A stretch of 40,498 nucleotides of DNA from Gemmatimonadaceae bacterium (GCA_036508735.1 DATCGU010000410.1:1-40498), one strand, 5' to 3'; shown: positions 1-10,795, numbered from the stretch's first letter. Numbers and translations are program-made. The notes: generated from the sequence alone by a model not told the origin.

Positions 1-888
1 CCCGCCGCGAGCGGTGATTTCGTAGCTGCGGAATCGTGACACGATGCGAAACACCGCGCGTGTGTCGCCAATCAATGGTGGTGTCGCCTGTGTCTCGAAG
101 CGCTGGTACGACGGCAACCAGTATCCGGATTCCACTTCACTGTTCACCAGGTCCACGAAGGCTATGGCCTGCGGATCGGGCCTGGGCTTTCGGCCACTGA
201 CGTACACGAAGTAACCACGCATGCGCACGACATGCTTGCGACCGGCGTCCAGGTCAACCTCGCCGGTAAAGAGCACGGTGGCGCCGGGCACATCATCGCG
301 GGGTTCGACGTCGACTCGAACAATCGGGACCTCCCGGTGGTTGACGCGAAGCACCTGAACCGTATCGCCCCCGCGATAACGGTAGACCCGTTCACGGTCC
401 TCCGCCAACGGATGAATGGCATACACAGTCGACCGCTCAATGCGCGCGCCCCGCACCGGCGGCCAAAGTGGGTTGGAGTCCCGCCCGAACAGCAGCGCCA
501 GCCTGTTGCCGTAGAGGAAGGGCACCGCCCAGGCATTCCTGAAGAAGCCGATGGATGCAAACCGCATTCCCACTGCCTGGGAGCGGTATCCGGTGACCCG
601 TTGCTCGAAGACTCCGGTGCTGCTCCACGTCAATTCGCTGGCCACCTGTTCCACGGAGACCGGGAACTCCCCACGTTCTGGGCGTTGGCTGCCAATGACA
701 ATCTCGCTTTCCATCTGGGCCCGGTAAGTGTCAAGCCCGGGAGGGACGCGCCGGTTGAGCCGGGAAGCCTCGGTGATGATTGCACGAAGCGCCGGAGACG
801 CGTACGTGGCCGTATCACGAACCACCGCCTGTGCTCCCGCGGTTGTAAAGACCGCCTGCACAGCGAGAACCAAGCAGAGGGAGATCAA
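1..888 (-). CDS. hypothetical secreted protein, partial (3' end lies outside the window)
   Basis: The minus-strand frame has no stop from 888 to position 1 (296 codons). It is absent from the ORF track because it runs off the edge. TTG at 888-886 gives the signal-peptide-like N-terminus MISLCLVLAVQAVFTTAGAQA, and third codon positions are G/C-rich. No family recognised. Confidence 0.55.
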   Translation of the reverse strand, partial: MISLCLVLAVQAVFTTAGAQAVVRDTATYASPALRAIITEASRLNRRVPPGLDTYRAQMESEIVIGSQRPERGEFPVSVEQVASELTWSSTGVFEQRVTGYRSQAVGMRFASIGFFRNAWAVPFLYGNRLALLFGRDSNPLWPPVRGARIERSTVYAIHPLAEDRERVYRYRGGDTVQVLRVNHREVPIVRVDVEPRDDVPGATVLFTGEVDLDAGRKHVVRMRGYFVYVSGRKPRPDPQAIAFVDLVNSEVESGYWLPSYQRFETQATPPLIGDTRAVFRIVSRFRSYEITARGG

Positions 889-917
889 CGGATCACGAAT
901 GGCATGGGAGCGCTGCG

Positions 918-1820
918 TTAGCGGCGCCCGGAATAACGAGTGCGTGCCGTGAGCTTCCTTGTTTCCGGTGCACCCTTGCCCCTGTAGATCGTTTCCCGAA
1001 GCCAAGCAAGCTCCTCTTCCTGCGTCTCCTCGGCGATTTCCTTCTGCCACGCCTTGGCGCGATCCGGTGTGCCATTGTCCCATTGGTAGTTGCGCGCCTT
1101 CAGCAGATCCTTGGTGTCAAAATGCGAATTGACGGCGCGCACCAAGACCGTATGCTTTCGGCTCGCCTCGAGCAAGTGCTGCATGGGCAGCGAACCATCG
1201 TCGGCAAACGGCGTGGCGAGAATGTGGATGGCCGCCAGGCAGTCGTCTTCGGCGCGGTGCGCCCTGAAGTACCGCCCGGCGTGCTCCATGAGGAGCCAGC
1301 CGAGTTTCACCGACCCCATGCCATGTGCATCCCAAGGCACGTCGTTGATCGAACACGCCCAGTGTTTGTCTTCGAAGCAGGGAAATCGTACCTCAAGGAA
1401 TGGTCGGTCGAACTTGGCGTTGTGCGCGATTACCAGCTGCGCGTTGTCGGCGAGAGTCTTCACCTCGGTGTCGTCGATGCGCTGGCCCGCGACCATCTCG
1501 TCCGTGATGTGCGTCAGGCGCACGATTTCCGGCGGCATGGGACGCCCGGGATCTTCCAACGACACGACGGGAGTGCCAACATTGATGATGCGCCCGCTGT
1601 CCTTGCCGAACGTAAACGGCACGCCGGCAAACTCGATGATCCGATCGGTCATCCAGTGCATTCCCGTCGTCTCCACGTCGACAAAGAGCGCGGTACGCGC
1701 CTCTTCGCCCCCCTCGACCTCACCATAGGACGAACGGGGAACGAACCGGCGCAACACCTTGAACTCGCCGGTGTCGTCAAGCTGGCGAGCCAGGGCTTCG
1801 AAGTCGCGGCGGGTCGTCAT
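918..1820 (-). CDS. DEDD-family 3'-5' exonuclease (DnaQ/ExoX-like) with a C-terminal extension
   Basis: Exo motifs are present: FVDVETTG, a HNAKFD-type motif and a later H-x4-D (HRAEDD). Start trimmed to ATG at 1820 (MTTRRDFEALA); the track start at 1910 adds an R/S-rich leader. Confidence 0.8.
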   Translation of the reverse strand: MTTRRDFEALARQLDDTGEFKVLRRFVPRSSYGEVEGGEEARTALFVDVETTGMHWMTDRIIEFAGVPFTFGKDSGRIINVGTPVVSLEDPGRPMPPEIVRLTHITDEMVAGQRIDDTEVKTLADNAQLVIAHNAKFDRPFLEVRFPCFEDKHWACSINDVPWDAHGMGSVKLGWLLMEHAGRYFRAHRAEDDCLAAIHILATPFADDGSLPMQHLLEASRKHTVLVRAVNSHFDTKDLLKARNYQWDNGTPDRAKAWQKEIAEETQEEELAWLRETIYRGKGAPETRKLTARTRYSGRR

Positions 1821-2398
1821 GGTGGGCTCGGTGGAAGGGACTCCCGAGAATCTCTCGCGTGGCGTCCGGCTGCGGTAGTGTGAACTGGCAGACGCTTTTG
1901 CCTCGCACACAGGCCAAGATGCGCGAGATCATCAAACGGAGTTCGCCTGGGACGGCAGCCGACGTCACGTTTGACGATGGATATCCGCCGATGAGCGAGG
2001 CCCTGAGCTTACGGTCAGCTTACCGCCAGCGATCCGGCGTGGCGTGGCGTGGCGCCGGTGACCTCAGCTTCGTGGCACCGCAAATCGTTGGAGTGGAAGA
2101 ACTCGGAGCCATAGGGAACGGGTCGCATTCGCCAAAGGAACCCGTGAATCTGCCCTCGCTCGTCACGCGGACTGAGCGCGCTGTCGTGATGCTGTATCGA
2201 CTCCCGCAGGAGAAGGTTGAGAATTTTTGTCGGAAGCCCTCGATGGAGCTCGCGATGACATCGCGAGGCACGCCTTATGCTGGAGTCAAATGGCGCACGG
2301 CAAGAGCACGCCGAATTACCTCACACTGGTGTCGGATGATCCACTATTCCCGTTTTCCCTGAATCAGTGCATGGTGGTCCTGCGTCCACTTCGGGGAG

Positions 2399-2899
2399 GT
2401 GATTCCGATGCCGTTGATGCGCAGGAAACCAGCCCGAGCCAAGCGGTCTTCGACGCCGTCCAAGTCATCGACGCATCGCCGTTCCAGTTCCGATCGACAA
2501 AGTCTCATCAAGCGAGTCCTTGCTGGCCTCGCTCCCTATGTGCCGGAGGGCACACTTAAGATCGACGAGACGGGGATGATCGTGGTTGGAGTGGATGGCG
2601 TTCCCCTGGGAATCCAGGTGGAAGAAGAGCCGCCCGTGGTAAGGGTCCTCGGTACTGTGTGCTCCGAGGTGCCGTTCAGCGAGGATCTCTGTGCGTGGCT
2701 TAACGAAGTCAACGCAAACCGTTTACGCATCGGCTATGCGTATTGGAGGGATGACGAGATCCGATACGCCATCGAGGATATCGCTGTTCCGTTCACCATG
2801 GAACACGTTCTCGATGCCCTCGCGGCAGCTTCGGACATGGTACCAGCCTTGGCCCGAGACGCAGGACTCTGGTTTCCTGCACCGATGGTGATGGCGTAG
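2399..2899 (+). CDS. YbjN-like (putative sensory-transduction/chaperone-like fold) protein; start uncertain
   Basis: The C-terminal ~125 aa (LKIDETGMIVVGVDGVPLGIQVEEEPPVVRVLGTV...LNEVNANRLRIGYAYWRDDEIRYAIEDI) resembles the YbjN family. The first ~35 codons are R/S-rich and probably not translated. There is no canonical start codon just upstream of the conserved part. Confidence 0.45.
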   Translation: MIPMPLMRRKPARAKRSSTPSKSSTHRRSSSDRQSLIKRVLAGLAPYVPEGTLKIDETGMIVVGVDGVPLGIQVEEEPPVVRVLGTVCSEVPFSEDLCAWLNEVNANRLRIGYAYWRDDEIRYAIEDIAVPFTMEHVLDALAAASDMVPALARDAGLWFPAPMVMA

Positions 2900-2977
2900 G
2901 ATACAACTGAGCCGAAGTGACAACGCACGGGGTGCCGACTTGATCAACCGGCGCCCCGTCTGTCATTTGCGGCTGTA

Positions 2978-3121
2978 TCTCACGGAGACCGGAGGAGCAC
3001 GAAATTCACAGAGAACGACAAAACACTTGAGGGGTATGGCGGAGAGTCTTGTCCGCCACAGCCCCTTTAGAGTTGTTGCCGTTCTTCGTGCTCTCCGTGC
3101 TGCTCCGGTCTCCGTGAGAGA
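2978..3121. repeat. full copy of the ~143-bp palindromic intergenic element (copy 1)
   Basis: Termini are TCTCACGGAGACCGGAGG ... CTCCGGTCTCCGTGAGAGA, with a central hairpin GGCGGAGAG-TCTT-GTCCGCC. It lies between convergent genes, and the helicase stop is 9 nt from the right end. Confidence 0.85.
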
Positions 3122-3130
3122 AGCACTGAT

Positions 3131-4810
<1,680 letters not shown>

Positions 4811-5169
4811 CCTGAAATCTAACCCACATTTTGGGTCATCTCTTGGGATTTGTCGCATACCGTCCGCCAAGCAGGCACCAACTTGTCCCCACCGACACGC
4901 GTGATCCGGTGGCCGAGACGCGGGCTGGGTAGTGAACCCGAGACGGGCCAGAGGGTGCCACTTTCCAAGATCAGTGTCTCCCGCCGAAGCACCCAGCGTG
5001 TTCTTGTCGTAGTTCACCACGAAGCCGAGCGTACTTCCGAACGTGATGCCCGTATGAACACCGAAGCCGGACCAAGAGCCCAGCTTCTCGGCCGCATCCC
5101 GTAAGTGAACGATGCGCCAGTCGTCTGCTCGCCGACATACAAGCCTGTTTGCGTGGGCAATGGTGACCT

Positions 5170-5784
5170 TCAGGCAGGCCGGTTGATCCCCGTCAGCAGC
5201 CAGCTGAATCCGCGGGCTTCGTATGGCGCTACCAGTTCCGGGGTCATTCCAAAGATGCCCAGTGGAACGCCTGCCCCGCGGCATGCCGACTCAATGCTGG
5301 CGACGGCCTCGAGATACGCCGGATCATCGAACCGCTCCGGAGTCCCCAAGCTTCGCGTCAGGTCGTGTGGACCAATGAGCACCCATTCGATGCCCGGTGT
5401 TCGCACGATGGCCTCGATATTCCGCACCGCTTGGGCGGACTCTGCCTGTACCACCACCTTGGCTCGCGACCATCGGGAGGTGCGAACGCAGCGCACTGAT
5501 TCCTCCGCCTGCGCCGGGGTATCGACGTTGGGGATGATGACGCCTGTCGCCCCTGCTTCCAACGCATGGTTGATCAGCGCGCTGTCGAGCGTGCGAACGC
5601 GCGCATAGCACGGAAGGCGGTCACCGATGATCGTCAGCATGGTCGTCATTTCGGACAGCCCGACGCTCGCGTGCTCGCCATCGAGCATCAGCCAGTCGAG
5701 TCCGGAAGCGGCAATGCGGTCAAGGAGCGTCCTGTCAGTTGTCCTGATGACGGTCGCGTGCCTGGGCATCAAGGGTACCAGCAA
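5170..5784 (-). CDS. HpcH/HpaI aldolase/citrate-lyase family protein, unusually short
   Basis: Family-like blocks are GLDWLMLDGEH, GATGVIIPNV, VVVQAES..AV.NIEAI and IGPHDLTRSLG. It is about 50 aa shorter than typical members, at the N-terminus and around the substrate-binding Arg loop. Confidence 0.6.
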   Translation of the reverse strand: MLVPLMPRHATVIRTTDRTLLDRIAASGLDWLMLDGEHASVGLSEMTTMLTIIGDRLPCYARVRTLDSALINHALEAGATGVIIPNVDTPAQAEESVRCVRTSRWSRAKVVVQAESAQAVRNIEAIVRTPGIEWVLIGPHDLTRSLGTPERFDDPAYLEAVASIESACRGAGVPLGIFGMTPELVAPYEARGFSWLLTGINRPA

Positions 5785-5909
5785 TGCATGGTCTTTCCCC
5801 TGGAAGGTTCGCTGCGTGCTGACTCCTCAAGGACCAGCCGTAAGTGCAGGCTCAGCGGAAGAAGAAGACGATCCGCTGAGTCCTTGCACCGCGAATGACA
5901 GAGGCGAGG

Positions 5910-6902
5910 CTACGAAGGCATCGCCTTCTTCTTGTCTGCCATCATGCTGACCATGGCCCCCACAAGCAGAATTCCCGCGACAAGCCCCAGCATCCAGAAG
6001 TTCAGGCTCTCGCCAATCCACGCCTGCAGCCAACGCACCACCAGCATCTTCAGTCCGACGAGAGTCAGGATCATGCTCAGCGAGACCTTCAGGTAGCGGA
6101 ACTTCTCGATCAGGCCGGCCAGTCCGAAGTACAGCGACCGCAGGCACAGGATGGCAAACACGTTCGAGGTGAACACGAGGAACGGATCGGCCGTAATCGC
6201 GAAGATCGCCGGAATGCTGTCCACCGCGAAGATCAGGTCCGTCGTCTCTACGAGGACCAGGGCGACCATCAGTGGTGTCAGGAAGGTCCGGCCGTTCAGG
6301 TTCACCAGGAAGCTCGTACCGTGAAACTCCTCGGTGATCGGGAACCGCTTGCGCAGCTGGGCCATCACCCAGCTTTCACCGGGGGCATCGTCCTCATCCT
6401 TGGTCAGCAGCATCCGCACGCCGGTGTACACCAGGAACGCGCCGAACAGGTAGAGTACCCAGTGGTAGCGCGCCACCAATGCGGCCCCAACACCGATCAT
6501 TGCTCCGCGCATTGCCAGCGCACCTAGTATCCCCCAGAAGAGCACCCGGTGTTGCAGCACAAGGGGGATTCGAAGGTGCCCAAACAGCAGCGCGATCACG
6601 AACACGTTGTCCATGCTGAGCGACAGCTCAATCACATAGCCGGTGAGGAACTTCACCGCCGCGAGTCGCCCGTCATTCTCCTGGTTGTCCACTGCGTCCA
6701 GGTGGGTCCCCAATCCCTCCCAGCCGTTGTGGTACGCCACCCACACGAACGCCGTGAACATCAGCGCCAGCACGACGACGCCCGTGGTGAAGCCAAGCGC
6801 TTCCTTCATGGACGGCGTACGCGCCTTCTTGTTGAAGACGCCCAGGTCCAGCGCCAACAGCATGAAGACGAACAGCAGGAAGCCGCCCCACATCCAGATC
6901 AC
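5910..6902 (-). CDS. TerC/Alx family integral membrane protein
   Basis: TerC signature FLTGYVIELSLSMDNVFVIALLF plus a second DSIPAIFAIT repeat, and the protein is polytopic. Start set at GTG 6902-6900, which overlaps the upstream stop as GTGA. Confidence 0.85.
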   Translation of the reverse strand: MIWMWGGFLLFVFMLLALDLGVFNKKARTPSMKEALGFTTGVVVLALMFTAFVWVAYHNGWEGLGTHLDAVDNQENDGRLAAVKFLTGYVIELSLSMDNVFVIALLFGHLRIPLVLQHRVLFWGILGALAMRGAMIGVGAALVARYHWVLYLFGAFLVYTGVRMLLTKDEDDAPGESWVMAQLRKRFPITEEFHGTSFLVNLNGRTFLTPLMVALVLVETTDLIFAVDSIPAIFAITADPFLVFTSNVFAILCLRSLYFGLAGLIEKFRYLKVSLSMILTLVGLKMLVVRWLQAWIGESLNFWMLGLVAGILLVGAMVSMMADKKKAMPS

Positions 6903-7252
6903 TTGTCGGCCTCCGTCCACGCCTTCCAGGCGGCCACCGCCTCACCGATCGTCAGTTGCTGTTGCCAGCGCACCAGGGGCATGGCCAGCAACAACGGCTC
7001 ATCCACCAGCTTCTCCATCCAATGAGCGTCATCCAACCGGGCAGCACCCAAGCCCAGGTCCGCGTAGCGGCGGCTTGTCTTGTCGATCAGCGCGGTCACG
7101 CCGAACTTTTGTGCAAAGCGCTGCAGTTCACCCTTGCTCGCTGCGCGTTCCTTGAGATCCACGAAGTGCACCTTCACCCGACGCTCGGCGAAGAACCGCT
7201 GGGCTGAGCGGGTGGCTGGAGACTTGGCGATGCCGAAGATCTGGACTTCCAA
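6899..7252 (-). CDS. ArsC/Spx/YffB-family protein lacking the usual N-terminal Cys motif
   Basis: IFGIAKSPATRSAQRFFAERRVKVHFVDL aligns with the ArsC-family N-terminus, but Ser replaces the catalytic or redox Cys. Start is TTG at 7252 (MEVQIFGI), giving 117 aa, a typical family length. Confidence 0.7.
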   Translation of the reverse strand: MEVQIFGIAKSPATRSAQRFFAERRVKVHFVDLKERAASKGELQRFAQKFGVTALIDKTSRRYADLGLGAARLDDAHWMEKLVDEPLLLAMPLVRWQQQLTIGEAVAAWKAWTEADK

Positions 7253-7405
7253 GGGAAAGTGGATGGGGGATGGTAGAGAGTGGATAGTGGATCCTGTGCG
7301 GCCACTATAATACAGGTAAGCAAGGCGACCCGCACATACAAACAAGCGCTCCGTTGTCCCTTTCGCCGCCGTGCCCTTTGCTTCTTCGTGACGCGAACGT
7401 CCAGA

Positions 7406-8398
7406 ATGCCTGAAATCAAGTCAGACTATCGCCATGCGTGGTGGCTCCCGGGCGCCCATATCCCCACCGTCTGGGGCAAGAAGGTGCGTAGGCAGCCCGC
7501 CGTCCATGACCGGATCGAACGGTGGACTACTCCCGACGACGACCATATTTCCCTCGCACGCGCCGGAGTCGTTGGATCGGGTGTCCCACACCTCCTTGTC
7601 CTTCATGGCCTCGAGGGAACGGTGCGGTCAAACTACGCGCAGGGGCTACTGGCCCAGGCGCGCGCTCGTGGCTGGTCGGCCGACTTGATGCTCTTTCGCT
7701 CATGCGACGGAGTCATCAACACCGCACGTCGGCTGTACCATTCCGGCGAAACGTCCGACATCGACTTTGTGGTCCGCACGCTCATCACCCAGAGCCCGGA
7801 CATCGATATCCGTGTAGTCGGGGTCTCCCTGGGGGGTAACGTCGCGCTCAAGTGGCTGGGCGAGCAGGGAGATCAACTCCCCGCCAATGTCACCTGTGCC
7901 GCTGGCGTCTCGGTTCCCTATGATCTGGCCGCGGGGAGCCGGTACCTTGAACGCGGCCTTGGCCCCCTGTACACTGCCCATTTCATGAAGGGGTTGCGGG
8001 CAAAGACGTTGGCGAAGCTGGAGCGCTACCCCGATCTTTGCGACCGAAATGCACTGATGCGGGCAAAGACGTTCTGGGAATTTGATGGCTGGGTCACCGG
8101 ACCGGTGCACGGATTTGTCGATGCCCGGGATTACTACACCAAATCAAGCTCAATGCAGTTCATCGCGAATATCCGCCGGCCTACACTTCTCTTCAATGCC
8201 GTCAATGACCCGTTCCTGCCATCGTCTGTCTTGGACGAGACGAAGATAGCTGCTAAAGGCAATGACTACTTATACTTGGAGTTTCCAAGACAGGGAGGTC
8301 ACGTTGGCTGGACGGAAGGGTCTCCATGGTCACCTCGCTTCTTCATGGAAGATCACGTGGTCAGTTGGCTGGCTAATACTCCAATAGGAGTAAAATAA
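7406..8398 (+). CDS. alpha/beta-fold hydrolase (YheT/COG0429-like)
   Basis: HGLEG oxyanion region, nucleophile elbow GVSLGG, and a late D...H (GGHVGW). Start is ATG at 7406 (MPEIKSDYRHAWW). Confidence 0.8.
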   Translation: MPEIKSDYRHAWWLPGAHIPTVWGKKVRRQPAVHDRIERWTTPDDDHISLARAGVVGSGVPHLLVLHGLEGTVRSNYAQGLLAQARARGWSADLMLFRSCDGVINTARRLYHSGETSDIDFVVRTLITQSPDIDIRVVGVSLGGNVALKWLGEQGDQLPANVTCAAGVSVPYDLAAGSRYLERGLGPLYTAHFMKGLRAKTLAKLERYPDLCDRNALMRAKTFWEFDGWVTGPVHGFVDARDYYTKSSSMQFIANIRRPTLLFNAVNDPFLPSSVLDETKIAAKGNDYLYLEFPRQGGHVGWTEGSPWSPRFFMEDHVVSWLANTPIGVK

Positions 8399-8512
8399 AC
8401 TAGGCGCTTGATTACTCTAGCGTGAGTATCATTGGCGTTTCGTTCACTCGAGACCTTCTGGCTCATCGGCATTTCTCTTCCCGTATCGCCAACAGACCGT
8501 TGGTGGCCGCCG

Positions 8513-9580
8513 TTACGGCTTCTTCCATTTCCCGGGTTCAGCTATCAGGTCAGCCACGGTGATCAGTGTCGACCCTGACCACGCGCTCGGTACTGACCTG
8601 ATGAAGCTCACCAGCCCGTCCTTGGGCGACTTCACGTCGGCGATCTTTCGCCCCCAGTAGTCAGTGGTATATCCAACCACCTGCCCGGCCTTCACCCGCG
8701 TATCGCGGTCCACGGTGGCCACCCACATCACGTTGCTATCGGCTCGCACGCGCGCATCCTCCCCCATCCAGATAATGCGCATCGGGGCCGGAGGAGCTGG
8801 GGTGGCCCTGGTCAGCATCCCAAGGGACGTGAAAACGTTCAGCAGCCCGTCCTCCAGGGAGCGCACATCACCGGCGTCCGTACGTGCCCAGCGTCCGGCT
8901 TCCGCTACCAACACCACCTTGCCTAGCGATTGAGCGTAGCCGCTGGCGCTGCGCGTGCTGGCCGCGTTCGTCAGGTCGACATCTCGAACTATGATGTGGT
9001 CAAGGCCAAAAGCATTGGCGAGGACCAGACCCGCCGAGTCGAGTGCGGCGCTTCCCGTCCGCGTCCAATAGGAGTACGGGCGCAGGTTTTCGTCGATGTC
9101 GCCGTTGTGCAGGTCCACCACCACGTCGGCCTTCTGAATCACCTCGCGTGCAATCAGGTCGAGCGCGCGCTCCGTTTGCGTTCCCGTGGGCTTTCCCGGG
9201 TAGTTGCCATTCATCGACTTTTCGTCCACGGGGTTCATGTGCACCCGCATCCGTTCGAAACTCGCCCGGTTAATGAGCGGCACTATGATGACCGTGCCAC
9301 TCAGCCGCTTGGCGTCGATGCGTGGAATGACCCGCTGCGCGGCCACGATGCTCGCGTATTCGGTGCCGTGCGCACCACTCAGGACGGCCACCGTCTTGCC
9401 GGCTTTCACCCCGTGGATGAGAGCGAAGGGAATGAAAGTCGCTGAGTCGACGCCGGCAGGGACGTCGAGCCTGCCGTAGACAGTCTGGCCAGCAGCTGCC
9501 GTGGTAGATCCTACGGTGAAAGTCTGCGCACCAAGTGGCGCGGAAATGCAAAGTCCAACAAACAGGGCGCGAATGATCAT
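8513..9580 (-). CDS. succinylglutamate desuccinylase/aspartoacylase (M14-like) family protein, secreted
   Basis: Zn-site-like GAHGTEY and the VVDLHNGD block are present. Start at ATG 9580 gives the signal peptide MIIRALFVGLCISAPLGAQ. Confidence 0.75.
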   Translation of the reverse strand: MIIRALFVGLCISAPLGAQTFTVGSTTAAAGQTVYGRLDVPAGVDSATFIPFALIHGVKAGKTVAVLSGAHGTEYASIVAAQRVIPRIDAKRLSGTVIIVPLINRASFERMRVHMNPVDEKSMNGNYPGKPTGTQTERALDLIAREVIQKADVVVDLHNGDIDENLRPYSYWTRTGSAALDSAGLVLANAFGLDHIIVRDVDLTNAASTRSASGYAQSLGKVVLVAEAGRWARTDAGDVRSLEDGLLNVFTSLGMLTRATPAPPAPMRIIWMGEDARVRADSNVMWVATVDRDTRVKAGQVVGYTTDYWGRKIADVKSPKDGLVSFIRSVPSAWSGSTLITVADLIAEPGKWKKP

Positions 9581-9846
9581 GGAAATCCTCAGGGTAGGAA
9601 ACACCAGGAAACTATACTTCTTGGGCTTAATATCCTCCAATTCCCGGACGTTCGATACAGAGCCTCCGCGTGAAGAGACACCGGGTCTTCGTCCAGAAGG
9701 AAATGGAACGCTCCTTCCATACTAGTGTTCGTACAAAAGACATCGCAGAGCCAGGAGCCACTGGACGATGCACGCACGAAGGTGCATCGTTTCCCGGCGC
9801 CCGACATTCATCTTCTGGAATCCGCACACCACTGGAGCCCCCCTCT

Positions 9847-10776
9847 ATGCGTGTCCGCTACTTGTTCCCACTGGCTGCGCTTGTCGCTGCCTGCTCGCGT
9901 GAACCGGCCCAACAACCCGCTGCTGCCACCGCCTCCATGGCCGACCCGCATTCCGGCCATGTCATGAGCGAAATATCCGGGGCGGCAGTTCTCGACCCAA
10001 TGTCCAAGATGCAGGGCACCCCCGGCATTCCCGCCGGGGCTGCCGACGCGGCCGCGCGACTCGGCGCCTCCACTCGGCACGGAGAGTGGGTGAAGATCGC
10101 GTGGGAGCCTGAATCCGCCGACTCACTGATGGCCTGGATCGTCTTCCCGGAAACCAGGAAGAAGGCACCTGTGGTCGTCGTCATTCACGAGATCTTCGGC
10201 CTGTCCACGTGGGTGCGCGGTGTCGCCGATCAACTCGCTGCCGATGGCTTCATCGCCGTCGCTCCCGACCTGCTGTCACGCATGCGTGGTGGTCCATCGG
10301 CCGACGAGCTCAAGAGCGACTCGGCCACCAAGCTCATCCGCAGCGTGACCGTTGCCGAGATGAACAAGGGCGTCTTTGCGGCCGCACAATATGGCTTGTC
10401 GCTCCCGGCAGCCACGAAGAAATACGGCGTCGTCGGCTACTGCTGGGGCGGATCGGCGACGTTCAACCATGCGGTCTTCAATGGCAAGAACTTCGGTGGT
10501 GGCGTGGTCTATTACGGTACCTCGCCCGCCAAGGACTCCCTGCCCAGGATCCAGGCGCCGATCCTCGGTCTCTACGGCGGCAACGACGCGCGCGTCAACG
10601 CCACCATCGGCTGGGCCGACACGACGATGCAGGCACTCAAGAAGAGCTATGCGTACAAAATCTTTGACGGCGCCGGTCACGGGTTCCTGCGTGCACAGGA
10701 CCAGCCCGCCAACCTCGAAGCGGCCAAGCAGGCCTGGCCAATGACCATTTCCTTCTTCAGGGCGAACCTCAGGTAG
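9847..10776 (+). CDS. dienelactone hydrolase family lipoprotein
   Basis: VVVIHEIFGL, the GYCWGG nucleophile motif and the terminal GAGHGF are present. ATG at 9847 gives MRVRYLFPLAALVAAC, which has a lipobox. Confidence 0.8.
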   Translation: MRVRYLFPLAALVAACSREPAQQPAAATASMADPHSGHVMSEISGAAVLDPMSKMQGTPGIPAGAADAAARLGASTRHGEWVKIAWEPESADSLMAWIVFPETRKKAPVVVVIHEIFGLSTWVRGVADQLAADGFIAVAPDLLSRMRGGPSADELKSDSATKLIRSVTVAEMNKGVFAAAQYGLSLPAATKKYGVVGYCWGGSATFNHAVFNGKNFGGGVVYYGTSPAKDSLPRIQAPILGLYGGNDARVNATIGWADTTMQALKKSYAYKIFDGAGHGFLRAQDQPANLEAAKQAWPMTISFFRANLR

Positions 10777-10795
10777 CCCGCCGGTATTGAGGCAG

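Noticed and set aside
232-921. Plus-strand 229-aa ORF, plus minus-strand ORFs 162-560, 437-628 and 630-818 at the left edge
   Set aside because: A different minus-strand frame is open across the whole of 1-888, has a signal-peptide N-terminus, G/C-rich third positions and a non-repetitive sequence. The listed ORFs are R/P/G-rich shadows of it.
6903-7000. Expected yybP-ykoY (Mn) riboswitch upstream of the TerC gene
   Set aside because: The TerC start overlaps the stop of the upstream ArsC-family gene (GTGA), which leaves no leader region.
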